Source of the DNA: Candidatus Micrarchaeota archaeon
GTDB taxonomy: Archaea > Micrarchaeota > Micrarchaeia > Anstonellales > Bilamarchaeaceae
Assembly: GCA_041694885.1 (NCBI GenBank)
Contig: JBGFRX010000016.1
Location: 86 to 64,085 of the forward strand
Length of the DNA stretch: 64,000 nucleotides
Reading direction: 5' to 3'
Positions within the stretch are counted from its first letter, which is position 1; each line of letters starts with the position of its first letter. Shown in pieces: positions 38,066-47,037 of this stretch. Under the pieces are notes generated by a model. It saw only the letters and a program-made list of their open reading frames with translations. It did no database searches and was not told where the DNA came from. The translations under genes and the position numbers were made by a program.

Positions 38066-39700
38066 ATGGCAATCGCAAAAAACATTTTTTGGCTTTCGAC
38101 ATATTTTCCGGATTTGGGGATAAGGAGTGCCTCAGTTGGAAAATACTGCTCCAAAGCCGCAGGTAGAACATGCAACGAAGGCAAATACCTTTCCTTTTCC
38201 CTTTTTGCATCGCTGTTCGCTGGAATGATTGTTGCATGGGTTTCGGCATCTGCCTTTGCATCGGAAGAACTGCCGCTGCTCGCGCCGCTTGCCGGCTTCC
38301 TTGCCGCATTCGGGCTCGCCTTTTTGGTGCTGCTCCGGCTGCCTCTGCATATTGAAAGGGCGCGGACTGAGAGAATGGAGGCTGAGATGCCTGCACTGCT
38401 CAGGACGTTCGGAATGCTTCTGGACATGAGGGTGCCTTTTACTGATGCGCTCAGGGCAGCTGCGAAAGAAGGCGAGGCAGGGAAGGAATTCCTCAAGGTC
38501 GTGGAGGAGGCGGAGCGGGGGGCGAGCATACCCAAGGCGCTCGCGAAATTCGCGGAAGCGAGCGAAAGCGCGGTTGTGAAGAAATCCTCTGCCCAGCTCA
38601 TATCCGCCTACGAGCACGGCGCGCACGGAAGCGAGATAAGAAGGATTGCTGACGATCTGCTTTCCCTCCAGAGCTATCGCATGCGCGACTTCGTTTCCAA
38701 GAGCTCGTTCTTCGGGCTTTTGTTCGTGATTTTTGCAGCAGTTGTGCCAACCTTTTTCCTGGTGTTCGCGACTGCGGGAAAGTTCGCGCTCGATATTGAA
38801 ATAGGCGCAGGGGCGTTTGCATTTGTTTTCCTCGTTGTTTTTCCCATAGTGAATGCAGCGATACTGCTCGTTTCCGCCTCCTCGATGCCGCCGAGCATTT
38901 TCAGGTCTGAATGGAGGGGTGTGAATTTATGGGCGTTTGCCGCGCTTGCTGCGCTGCTCGCCGCAGTCATGCTCCTTGATCTGGAAGGAATCCAAAAGTT
39001 GGCCGCGCTTGCTGCGGTCTCGGCGCTTTCGTGGAGCTTTTTCCGCGGCGAGTATGCCGAAGAAAGCAGGGTCGAGAAAATAGAGGAGGCACTTCCTGAT
39101 GCGCTCCTCGGCGTTTCCGGACTGCCGAAAAACTATGGAATAGAAAAAATATTCGAGCGGCTCGCGCTTGCGAGGGATGCGCTCGGTGCCGAAGCAGGGA
39201 AAACCCTGCGCCAGCTGAGAGCAAATGTGAGTGCAGAGAAGGCGCTCGCCGACCTGTGGGAGCGCAACCGCTCGTTCATGTTCAGGCGCATGGGCGAACT
39301 GATGCTCAACTCCCATCTCGCAGGCGCGAACATTTCCGAGAAGATGCACGAAATGGCCGAGGACCTCCTTAAATTCGGCGAACTGAGAAGAGAGAGGGAG
39401 AACGCGCTCTCGATGCAGAAATACACTCTCATATTGGGCGCCTTCATAGTGCCGCTCATCCTCACTACTTCTCTTTCGCTCGCCTCGCAAATAACCGCGC
39501 TCATGGAGCAGAAGGGCAACGAGGAAGTGGTAGCGCTCGCTCCTGGCGTGATTTCAGCGTACGTGATAATCTACGCAGCGCTTTCAGCGCTCTACATCTC
39601 CCATTCCGAGGACAGAACTTCGCGCGTGGTCCCTTATTTCGTGGCGATGGCTCTCGCAGGTCTGGCGGGTTTTTATATCCTTTCACAGCAATTTTCCTGA
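38066..39700 (+). CDS. T2SS-F/TadC-like pilus platform membrane protein
   Basis: Two T2SSF-like repeats (MEAEMPALLR..., IEEALPDAL...), many TMs, follows the ATPase. Confidence 0.85.
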   Translation: MAIAKNIFWLSTYFPDLGIRSASVGKYCSKAAGRTCNEGKYLSFSLFASLFAGMIVAWVSASAFASEELPLLAPLAGFLAAFGLAFLVLLRLPLHIERARTERMEAEMPALLRTFGMLLDMRVPFTDALRAAAKEGEAGKEFLKVVEEAERGASIPKALAKFAEASESAVVKKSSAQLISAYEHGAHGSEIRRIADDLLSLQSYRMRDFVSKSSFFGLLFVIFAAVVPTFFLVFATAGKFALDIEIGAGAFAFVFLVVFPIVNAAILLVSASSMPPSIFRSEWRGVNLWAFAALAALLAAVMLLDLEGIQKLAALAAVSALSWSFFRGEYAEESRVEKIEEALPDALLGVSGLPKNYGIEKIFERLALARDALGAEAGKTLRQLRANVSAEKALADLWERNRSFMFRRMGELMLNSHLAGANISEKMHEMAEDLLKFGELRRERENALSMQKYTLILGAFIVPLILTTSLSLASQITALMEQKGNEEVVALAPGVISAYVIIYAALSALYISHSEDRTSRVVPYFVAMALAGLAGFYILSQQFS

Positions 39701-39708
39701 GTGGAAAA

Positions 39709-40227
39709 ATGGATTCGCTTACAGAAAGCATAGCACAGGCGGATTTTGCCCTGCTCACCGCTGTTGCCGCGCTATTGGACAACGAAATTATATTCCTTGC
39801 CGTAACTTTTGCGCTCGTGCTTGTTTTTGAAAGGAGAAAAGAAAAAATAGCCAAAATAGCGCTCGCGGTGGCGCTCGCGGTACTACTTAGCACCATGGTG
39901 AAGAACATCGTCAAAGAGGAAAGGCCGTGCGTCTTACTGGCTTCGAAAATCGCGTGCCCTGATTCGTATTCGTTCCCGAGCGGGCACACTATATTGGCAT
40001 TCACGGTGATGCTCGCGTTCCTGAACAAGCCGACTTTCGCAATTTATCTGTTTTATGCGGCTTTCATCGCGTTTACGAGGATATATTTAGGCGTGCATTC
40101 GCTCTGGGACGTGGCAGGGAGCATCGCGTTCGCGCCGTTCGTATATTATACAGTGGACGCGCTCTGGAAAAAAATCGGGAAAATCGCGGGGAAGGGATAT
40201 GCTTTTAGGAATCGGACTGGCCAGTGA
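39709..40227 (+). CDS. PAP2 family phosphatase
   Basis: KxxxxxxRP, SFPSGH, TRIYLGVH..DV. Confidence 0.92.
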   Translation: MDSLTESIAQADFALLTAVAALLDNEIIFLAVTFALVLVFERRKEKIAKIALAVALAVLLSTMVKNIVKEERPCVLLASKIACPDSYSFPSGHTILAFTVMLAFLNKPTFAIYLFYAAFIAFTRIYLGVHSLWDVAGSIAFAPFVYYTVDALWKKIGKIAGKGYAFRNRTGQ

Positions 40228-40777
40228 AACTAGGAGGAAGGTGCTGCATATATGCAGCGGAGTGGTGTTCCTGCTCTTTCTCCTCAGCTTTGGAAGGAGC
40301 AAATTCGTCATGCTTCTGGTCGCGCTCCTGCTCGGCGGCCTGCTCACGATAAACCTCCTCATGATGGGATGGAAATTCCCGCTCACGGAATGGTTCATAC
40401 GCAATTTCGAGCGGCCGAAGGTGAGGTTCCCGGGCTATGCGACAGCATGGTACGTTTCAGGGCTGCTCATCGCGGCCACGGTGCTGCACAACGAAGGGGA
40501 AATAGCCGCGGTGATATGCGCGCTCGCGTTTGGGGACGGCCTTTCGGGTGTTTTTGGGGAAAGGGGAAAAACAAAGCTTCCCTGGAACACAGGCAGGGAA
40601 AAGACGCTCGAGGGGACGATGGCATTCGCGTTCGGGACTCTCACCGCGCTTCCTTTTGTTGGGTGGATTGCGGTTCCGTTCGCGCTTGCAGCAGCGGTTT
40701 TCGAGTCCTTGCCCCTCGGGATAGACGACAACTTTTCAGTGCCTATTTTCGGGACGGTTTTCTTCTATGTTTTTTGA
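40199..40777 (+). CDS. Dolichol/phytol kinase-like membrane protein (SEC59/DGK1/VTE5)
   Basis: RKVLH, GDGLSGVFG, KTLEG, IDDNFSVP. Confidence 0.85.
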   Translation: MLLGIGLASETRRKVLHICSGVVFLLFLLSFGRSKFVMLLVALLLGGLLTINLLMMGWKFPLTEWFIRNFERPKVRFPGYATAWYVSGLLIAATVLHNEGEIAAVICALAFGDGLSGVFGERGKTKLPWNTGREKTLEGTMAFAFGTLTALPFVGWIAVPFALAAAVFESLPLGIDDNFSVPIFGTVFFYVF

Positions 40778-40786
40778 AAAAAATAT

Positions 40787-40971
40787 TGCCAAGGGGGAAA
40801 TTCGAATTCCCGGCCTCCAGATTTCCCAGGAGAAATGGAGCGCTGAACGCGCATTTTTTGTCATCGCTTCGCGAAAAGCTCATAACTCACAAATCCAAAA
40901 TTTATGAGTCTGGCGCTCTAGCCGACTGCCCACCTCGCGAACCGTTCGCGCAGGTTCTGAGCTACCTTGGC
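40787..40971 (-). tRNA. Elongator tRNA-Met(CAU) with two introns: 15/16 (40926-40956, 31 nt) and 37/38 (40823-40902, 80 nt)
   Basis: Acceptor GCCAAGG/CCTTGGC plus A73; CCAGA-CT-CAT-A...A-TCTGG; bulge-helix splice motifs GCTC/GGGC and CTCA/TGGG. Confidence 0.9.
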
Positions 40972-41074
40972 ACAAGAGAACTTATGGTTATCGCTAAAAA
41001 CTGTTTTAAAGCAACGCAGCAAAAGATTTTAAATACCATTGTAGTATATAACCTACAACATGTAGGTAATTTTT

Positions 41075-42190
41075 ATGGGAAACGCACATTTGAGCGAAGA
41101 TAATGGGTTTGCTATGCAACAGAGGCGATGGAAGCCTCGTGAAAGATATCTGGAAAAGGTTTTTAACAGAAAAAAAGCAGGCGACTGGGCTGCAGTGAAG
41201 GAACTTTTTGACAGGTACCAGTACATTGCGCCAAAAACAGTGGATAAACGCATAGAACTAAGAGAATGCAAAGTGCGGAAAATAGAGGATGCTCTTCATA
41301 GCAACAATGGCGACCATGGTAATGTGGATGAAGCAACGCAGACCAAATTGCTGCTCGAATATGCTAAGAAAAAAGCGTTTGTTGCACGCCATCTGCAATG
41401 CAGGGATTACATGGTTGAGGTTGTACGCGACAAACTTATGGAAAAATTGATGGATGCGAATCCAAAAAATCCGTCATATATATCTTCACATGCGTACAAG
41501 TGGGCAGAAACCGAAACAAAGCGTTTGATGAAGCTTCTGGAAAAGGAACTGCGCATTGGGAGCGTACTTTCGGCCCGGCAAATGGAAACGCCGATACGTA
41601 CGCCATTCGATTGCGTCTTGGAAACCGAATGCTCGAAAATGATAAAGTTCATGCTGAAATGGCTAACGCCAAAGGAAGACAGAGTAATACGCATGAGATT
41701 TGGGATTGACTATCCGTACAAAACACTTGGGGAAATAGCAGGGCATTTGTCAGTGACGCCGGAACGAGTAAGGCAGATCGAAACAATGGCCCTGATAAAA
41801 TTGAGGCGCTCTCCCCGTTCAAAGACATTGGGGCACTTTGTCGCTCCGCAGCCAGGCCGCAGCTGGCTCACAGAAGATGCGCCGGAAAACGAGGAGCAAA
41901 AAAAGGCCTGCAAAAAAGTGGATGAAATCATCCTGAAAACCTGCAGAAACGATGCGAAGGTAGTGCGGTGCAGGATGATCGAAGGGCTGCACTGGAGCGA
42001 GATAGAGAAGAAAACGGGCATTAGCGGCTACTGTGCCAGGCAAATGGTTCACGCGCATCTCGGAACAATTGAAAAATTACTTGTCGGACTTGCTGCGCAG
42101 CTTGGCACAAGCGGTTCAGTGGCTGCTGCATTGGTAAAAGGGGCGCGCATTGACGAGTACGTAAGGCGCATTGCAGAAGCGGCGAGGTAA
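41075..42190 (+). CDS. Sigma70-like protein (divergent sigma2, RpoD-like sigma4, second sigma4-like HTH)
   Basis: AGDWAAVKELFDRY (2.1-like); DYMVEVVRDKLMEKLMDANPKNPSYISSHAYKWA (2.2-2.4-like); LTPKEDRVIRMRFGI..KTLGEIAGHLSVTPERVRQIETMALIKLR (region 4). Confidence 0.8.
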   Translation: MGNAHLSEDNGFAMQQRRWKPRERYLEKVFNRKKAGDWAAVKELFDRYQYIAPKTVDKRIELRECKVRKIEDALHSNNGDHGNVDEATQTKLLLEYAKKKAFVARHLQCRDYMVEVVRDKLMEKLMDANPKNPSYISSHAYKWAETETKRLMKLLEKELRIGSVLSARQMETPIRTPFDCVLETECSKMIKFMLKWLTPKEDRVIRMRFGIDYPYKTLGEIAGHLSVTPERVRQIETMALIKLRRSPRSKTLGHFVAPQPGRSWLTEDAPENEEQKKACKKVDEIILKTCRNDAKVVRCRMIEGLHWSEIEKKTGISGYCARQMVHAHLGTIEKLLVGLAAQLGTSGSVAAALVKGARIDEYVRRIAEAAR

Positions 42191-42192
42191 AA

Positions 42193-43035
42193 TCAAACCT
42201 GCACAATTTCCATTTCAAATTCCTTAGCCAGTTTCTCTATCTTTTCCCTCTGCGTCTTATTTACGCCTTTTTTGTCCAGAAGCAGTGCAGTTATTGGTTC
42301 AACGTTCTTCTCTATTGCCTGCCTGAACGTGTCCTCTGCAATTGCATCTGCCTTGTATTTTGGAAGCATGTGCCCAAAAGACATATTTTTTTCTATCGCG
42401 CATTTCGTGAAAAGCGGCGCATAATGGCCCCCTCCAACTCCGAAAAAGGTCCCGGGTTCTGGGTTTTCAGTTTCGGTTTTATGGATTTTGCTCTCGCTTT
42501 CGGTTTCTTTTCCATTTATTGTTTCAAACACCGATTCGGCAATTGTTTTTGCTGCAAGAGGGTTTTTCCATTCTTCTTCAGAGCTTCCTATTTCCACGAA
42601 TATTATCGGCTTCTTTATTGTAGGCCCATGGTGGTCAACCTCGAAATTGACGTTGAAATCAAGCCCATAGAGGGCGTTTTTCGAATGCATTTTCTGCAAG
42701 ATGGATTTCTGCACGCTCGCATAGGAAACATTCAGAGTTCTCGGCTTCCCCCCATGCTCAGCAGAATCCCAGTTGCCAGGTATATGGACAGTCAAACTCT
42801 GGAATTTCGCCTCGCTCCTGTGCGGTGAAAGCACTATGAAATAATCAGCTTCGAAATCGGTCTGAACTTCGAACGAGCGCGCAAATTTCGTATCTATCAG
42901 TTTCGCATTTTCACAGTGCCATTCATTTTCGCTTTTTTGCCCGAATCCCAATTTCATCAATTCAAGCGCGATATTGCTCGATGCGGCATTTTCTGTTTTC
43001 GAAATGTCGGAAGAAAAAAGGACTGCCGGAATCAT
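42193..43035 (-). CDS. dtdA: D-aminoacyl-tRNA deacylase (DTD2)
   Basis: SPHRSE, LTVHIPGN, EVDHHGP, FVEIGS, GVGGGHYAP. Confidence 0.92.
   Translation of the reverse strand: MIPAVLFSSDISKTENAASSNIALELMKLGFGQKSENEWHCENAKLIDTKFARSFEVQTDFEADYFIVLSPHRSEAKFQSLTVHIPGNWDSAEHGGKPRTLNVSYASVQKSILQKMHSKNALYGLDFNVNFEVDHHGPTIKKPIIFVEIGSSEEEWKNPLAAKTIAESVFETINGKETESESKIHKTETENPEPGTFFGVGGGHYAPLFTKCAIEKNMSFGHMLPKYKADAIAEDTFRQAIEKNVEPITALLLDKKGVNKTQREKIEKLAKEFEMEIVQV
42452..42510 (-). repeat. Heptamer-like array inserted in-frame in dtdA linker
   Basis: ...AAACCGA...AAACCG AAACTGA AAACCCA GAACCCG encoding ETESESKIHKTETENPEPG. Confidence 0.55.
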
Positions 43036-43070
43036 GGTTGTTTTTAAGCTGGGCAAATTAATAATTGATT

Positions 43071-43739
43071 ATGATCGATGAAACATTCGCGAGAAATATC
43101 GGCGCAATCACGGAAAAGGAGCAGGAGAAACTTGCAAATGCGAAGGTTGGAATTGCAGGAATGGGCGGGATAGGAAGCCCTGCATTCGAAATTCTGACCC
43201 GGATCGGAACAGGAAACTTCGTAATTTTCGACAAGGATAAAATCGAAAGGACTAATTTCAACAGGCAGCTTTACGCTACCAAGGAAAGTTTTGGGAAATG
43301 GAAGGTTGATGTTGCTGTGGAAAAGGCGAAGGCGATAAATCCTAAAGTAAAAATAGAAAAATATGCTGAAAAATTGGACGAAACGAATGTGAAGAAGCTG
43401 GGAAAGTGCGGTGTGGTTGTGGATGGGATGGACAATGTTACGGCGCGGAAAACAATCGCGGAATTCTGCAGTAAAAACAGGATTCCATACGTGTTCTGCT
43501 CTGCAGGCATGAGCCGGGGGATGGTTTCTGTCTTCAGAGATGCTGATTTTGGGAAAATATTTGGGAGAATGAAAGAGCCTAAGCGGAAAAGCATAATTGC
43601 GCCTGCTGCTTTTCTCGCAGGAGTGCTCTCTGCTTCGCAGGCGGTAAACGTCCTGCTTGGGAAGAAATATGTGAAGGCGCCCGAATTCCTGTTTTTCGAT
43701 TTGTTTTTTGAAAGGGTTTTCTGGAAGCAGCGGATATAA
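43071..43739 (+). CDS. ThiF/MoeB/E1-like adenylyltransferase lacking Zn and catalytic Cys motifs
   Basis: GMGGIG, DKDKIERTNFNRQ, VVDGMDN. Confidence 0.85.
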   Translation: MIDETFARNIGAITEKEQEKLANAKVGIAGMGGIGSPAFEILTRIGTGNFVIFDKDKIERTNFNRQLYATKESFGKWKVDVAVEKAKAINPKVKIEKYAEKLDETNVKKLGKCGVVVDGMDNVTARKTIAEFCSKNRIPYVFCSAGMSRGMVSVFRDADFGKIFGRMKEPKRKSIIAPAAFLAGVLSASQAVNVLLGKKYVKAPEFLFFDLFFERVFWKQRI

Positions 43740-43786
43740 AGAATAGCTTATAATCTGATTACCATGGAATAGTAATAGTTGATATT

Positions 43787-45046
43787 ATGGATTCTGGAAA
43801 AAATTACGAAGTGAAAGACCTCGGGCAGGCAGAGGAGGGGCGGATGAATATAGAACTCGCTGAAAGGAGAATGGGCATAATGCAAATCCTGAAAAGGCGG
43901 TTCAGGAAGGAAAAGCCGTTCAAAAACCTCGTGGTAGGAATGGCACTCCACGTCACCAGGGAAACCGCAGTGCTGGTGCGCACGCTTGCAGCAGGAGGCG
44001 CGAGGATTTCCATTGCCGGCTGCAACCCCCTCTCCACACAGGACGACGTTGCAGCAGCGCTTGCGGAAAATGGTATTTCCGTTTACGCATACAAAGGCGA
44101 GACGCGCGACGACTATTACAAATATCTGGGAAAGGTGCTGGATGCGAAGCCCAATCTCACCATAGACGACGGCGGGGATCTCGTAGGCATGATTCATTCC
44201 AAACGTCCTGAAATGATAAGGAACATTTTAGGCGGAAGCGAAGAAACCACTACTGGCATCATAAGGTTGAGGGCGATGGAAAGAAACAATGCACTCAACT
44301 ATCCCGTAATAGCTGTGAACGACAACAAGACCAAGCATCTTCTGGACAATTATTATGGAACTGGACAATCCACTTTGGACGGCATTCTACGCGCAACGAA
44401 CATTCTCATTGCAGGGAAGAAATTCGTCGTTGCCGGTTATGGACCCTGCGGAAAAGGCGTTTCGCTCCGCGCGAGAGGAATGGGCGCTAACGTAATTGTT
44501 TGCGAAACTGACGCATTCAGGGCTTTGCAGGCAGTTCTTGACGGCTTTGACGTCCTGCCTATGAAAGAAGCAGCCAAAATAGGCGATGTTTTCGTAACTG
44601 TGACGGGGAACAAGAACGTAATAACTGTGAAGCACATGAAGGCGATGAAGGATAACGCAGTTCTGGCGAACAGCGGCCACTTCGACGTGGAAATAGACGT
44701 TGCGAGACTGAACAAAATCGCGAAAGCGAAAAGGGCGAGATGGCAACTCGACGAATACGATTTGGGAGGAAAGAAGATTTACGTTTGCGGCGAAGGCCGG
44801 CTCGTGAATTTGGCAGCTGCTGAGGGCCATCCAAGCGAAGTCATGGCAACCAGCTTCGCTGGCCAGGCGCTCGCAATGGAGTTTCTGGTCAGGAACAGGG
44901 GAAAACTGACACCCGGTGTCATCACACTTCCGGAATCCATAGACGATGAAATCGCGAAACTACAGCTCGATTCAATGGGAATAAAAAAGGACGAGCTCAC
45001 GGAGGAGCAGGAAAAATACCTTTCCGGCTGGGAGGAAGGAACCTAA
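43787..45046 (+). CDS. ahcY: Adenosylhomocysteinase
   Basis: CNPLSTQD, IDDGGD, EETTTG, DNYYGTGQS, GRLVNLAAAEGHP. Confidence 0.97.
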   Translation: MDSGKNYEVKDLGQAEEGRMNIELAERRMGIMQILKRRFRKEKPFKNLVVGMALHVTRETAVLVRTLAAGGARISIAGCNPLSTQDDVAAALAENGISVYAYKGETRDDYYKYLGKVLDAKPNLTIDDGGDLVGMIHSKRPEMIRNILGGSEETTTGIIRLRAMERNNALNYPVIAVNDNKTKHLLDNYYGTGQSTLDGILRATNILIAGKKFVVAGYGPCGKGVSLRARGMGANVIVCETDAFRALQAVLDGFDVLPMKEAAKIGDVFVTVTGNKNVITVKHMKAMKDNAVLANSGHFDVEIDVARLNKIAKAKRARWQLDEYDLGGKKIYVCGEGRLVNLAAAEGHPSEVMATSFAGQALAMEFLVRNRGKLTPGVITLPESIDDEIAKLQLDSMGIKKDELTEEQEKYLSGWEEGT

Positions 45047-45174
45047 GCAGTCCTCCTTTGCCTATGAGATATCTCCCAGGTCATGTGGCTTTTTTTCCAA
45101 AATTAAATTCGTTGGATATCAGGTAAATTTTCATATATCCGCAGCCAAAAACACAAAACCAGGAACCGAAATGC

Positions 45175-45348
45175 TTAAGCACTCCGCGAAGTGGGCTCGA
45201 GGTGCAATATCGCGCATTTGCTCTCCCTTCCTTTCGCGTTCTTAACCATCACAAAGTTGTCGTCGATCACTTTCGTTATTGTAACTTCTTCGCCTGTATC
45301 AGCACCCTTTTTCTTCACGCAAATCCTGCCTTCCTTTATCGCTACCAT
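45175..45348 (-). CDS. rpl14e: 50S ribosomal protein L14e
   Basis: GRICVKKKG, VIDDNFV, HLEPT; after cmk. Confidence 0.85.
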   Translation of the reverse strand: MVAIKEGRICVKKKGADTGEEVTITKVIDDNFVMVKNAKGRESKCAILHLEPTSRSA

Positions 45349-45353
45349 AAAAA

Positions 45354-45878
45354 TCACCGCTTGTGCCTCTTTTTTATCTCGATTACCCTCATCACTCCAT
45401 CAGCCATTTCGTCCGGCGAGAATTTAGCCGAATTGAACGAAATGTCGAAAATACTGGTATCTAATATGTCTACATTGTAAAGTTTTTTGTATCTCGTCCT
45501 GTTCTGGCTTTCGCGCTTTTTTATACTCTTTTCCGCCTCCGAAACCGTAATGCCGTCCCTTTCCGCAACCCGTTTTGCGCGCACTTCGAGCGGGGCAAAA
45601 AGCCATACGCTGAAATCTGCATCAACCATCCATGGTCCGAGCCATGTCGAGACTACACAGTTCCCCTTCTTTGCCTCCCCTTTCACGTATTCGTCGAATT
45701 TCAGGTCGATGTTCCTGTCCTTCTCCGCCCTTTTCTGAAATTCCATCAGGGAAATCCCTTCCTTTTCAGCGAGTTCCTTGAACGAAGGCGAGATGAGTGC
45801 ATATCCTAAACGGAGGGCAAGCACCCTGCCCAGCGTGGTCTTGCCGCTTCCCGCAAAGCCGGCTATTGTGATTATCAT
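45354..45878 (-). CDS. cmk: Cytidylate kinase (archaeal)
   Basis: ITIAGFAGSGKTT, APLEVRAKR, RYKKLYNVDI. Confidence 0.9.
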   Translation of the reverse strand: MIITIAGFAGSGKTTLGRVLALRLGYALISPSFKELAEKEGISLMEFQKRAEKDRNIDLKFDEYVKGEAKKGNCVVSTWLGPWMVDADFSVWLFAPLEVRAKRVAERDGITVSEAEKSIKKRESQNRTRYKKLYNVDILDTSIFDISFNSAKFSPDEMADGVMRVIEIKKRHKR

Positions 45879-45911
45879 ATCATTTCACTGAAAGCGTTCC
45901 GACATGCCAGC

Positions 45912-46220
45912 TTAGTTAACTAATTGCTGGACGTAGCTCCTGTAAATGAGGTCGACCTCATCCACCCCTTTCGTTTTTTCCCGCACACGCGTAGCGTCCC
46001 TTATTATGCGCGCAGTGCACGCATGGCAAAGGTGGCCCCCGAATTTCCTCGACACGGATTTCTCGGTTCTCGAGCCGGTGCCCACTCCTGCAAGGTTTGC
46101 TCTGCACACAGCACATGCTGCTCCTGCTTTTTTCCTTTTCAGGAAAACGCTTTTCGCACCGCGAGCCGTTTTCCTTTTCATTTTTCTGTATTTTCCCGAG
46201 CGTTCCTTAGGCAACGACAT
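45912..46220 (-). CDS. rpl34e: 50S ribosomal protein L34e
   Basis: CAVC..LAGV, SRKFGGHLCHAC; synteny. Confidence 0.88.
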   Translation of the reverse strand: MSLPKERSGKYRKMKRKTARGAKSVFLKRKKAGAACAVCRANLAGVGTGSRTEKSVSRKFGGHLCHACTARIIRDATRVREKTKGVDEVDLIYRSYVQQLVN

Positions 46221-46230
46221 ATTGTGCACC

Positions 46231-47031
46231 CTATTGGTTTTCCTTCTTCTCCTTCTTAGGCAAATATTTATCTATAAGCGAGATAACCGGATTGACAAGC
46301 AACCCTATTATTACTGCGGAAAAGATGAACCAGTTCTGAGAATCATAAATGCGCTGAAGGTTTATTAAAGGTATTGTGATCGGCAAATCGACGTAAAAAC
46401 GAGTGCCGTTGCTGAGCGTCGCAATTGCACTCTCCGTGTTTTCAGGCGCCTCGGCGTAAACCGTAACTCTCTCTCCATTGCTATACGATTCCTTATCCGT
46501 GTAAACGGGCATTGCCACCTCCTTGCCTTGTATCCATAATATCTGCTCTGTTTTTGGCCCTACAAAAAAGACCGTCTGGTTCATGGCAATCTCAGCGTTG
46601 TCAGCATATGCTTTCGCAGTCGCGTACCAAAATGGATTAGTATTGTTCAGGACAAACGACCCGGAATAAATACCGTTCCTGGTGTTAGTGAGGTTTATGG
46701 AAAAATCATCCTGAGCAGTCGGATCTAACTGTCCACTTATCCACATGAATACGAAGAACACCGCGAGCACAGCGACCATCATTTTCATCTGGCCCACGAA
46801 CATCGCGTTCATCTTAGGCATCAGTTCCTCGTTCATCTTGCTCAGCTGCTCCATCTTCCTCTTGTCGTTGTGCTTCGCCGCCTCCTTGTAGAGCTCGTTT
46901 ATCTGCTTGGATTTTTCCTGCACTTCCTTCATTATGGATTTGTCCATCAGCTTGTTCTGGAGCAGCCGCACGAAAACAGAATAAACGACCGCAAGCGCTG
47001 TCACAACGTAAAAATAGAATTCGGAATCCAT
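46231..47031 (-). CDS. DUF106/EMC3-TMCO1 (Oxa1 superfamily) protein with inserted extracellular domain
   Basis: TM1-coiled coil-TM2...WFIFSA TM3; located between adk and rpl34e. Confidence 0.85.
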   Translation of the reverse strand: MDSEFYFYVVTALAVVYSVFVRLLQNKLMDKSIMKEVQEKSKQINELYKEAAKHNDKRKMEQLSKMNEELMPKMNAMFVGQMKMMVAVLAVFFVFMWISGQLDPTAQDDFSINLTNTRNGIYSGSFVLNNTNPFWYATAKAYADNAEIAMNQTVFFVGPKTEQILWIQGKEVAMPVYTDKESYSNGERVTVYAEAPENTESAIATLSNGTRFYVDLPITIPLINLQRIYDSQNWFIFSAVIIGLLVNPVISLIDKYLPKKEKKENQ

Positions 47032-47037
47032 GCAAAA

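Noticed and set aside
40823..40902. C/D guide inside the tRNA-Met intron
   Set aside because: Only GCGATGA and ATGA present; no CTGA D box or proper spacing
40787..40971. Initiator Met or Ile2 identity
   Set aside because: G1-C72, no three G-C anticodon pairs, and a GCC start fit the elongator tRNA-Met
40252..41103. 283-aa ORF
   Set aside because: Out-of-frame overlap with the kinase gene and antisense to tRNA-Met
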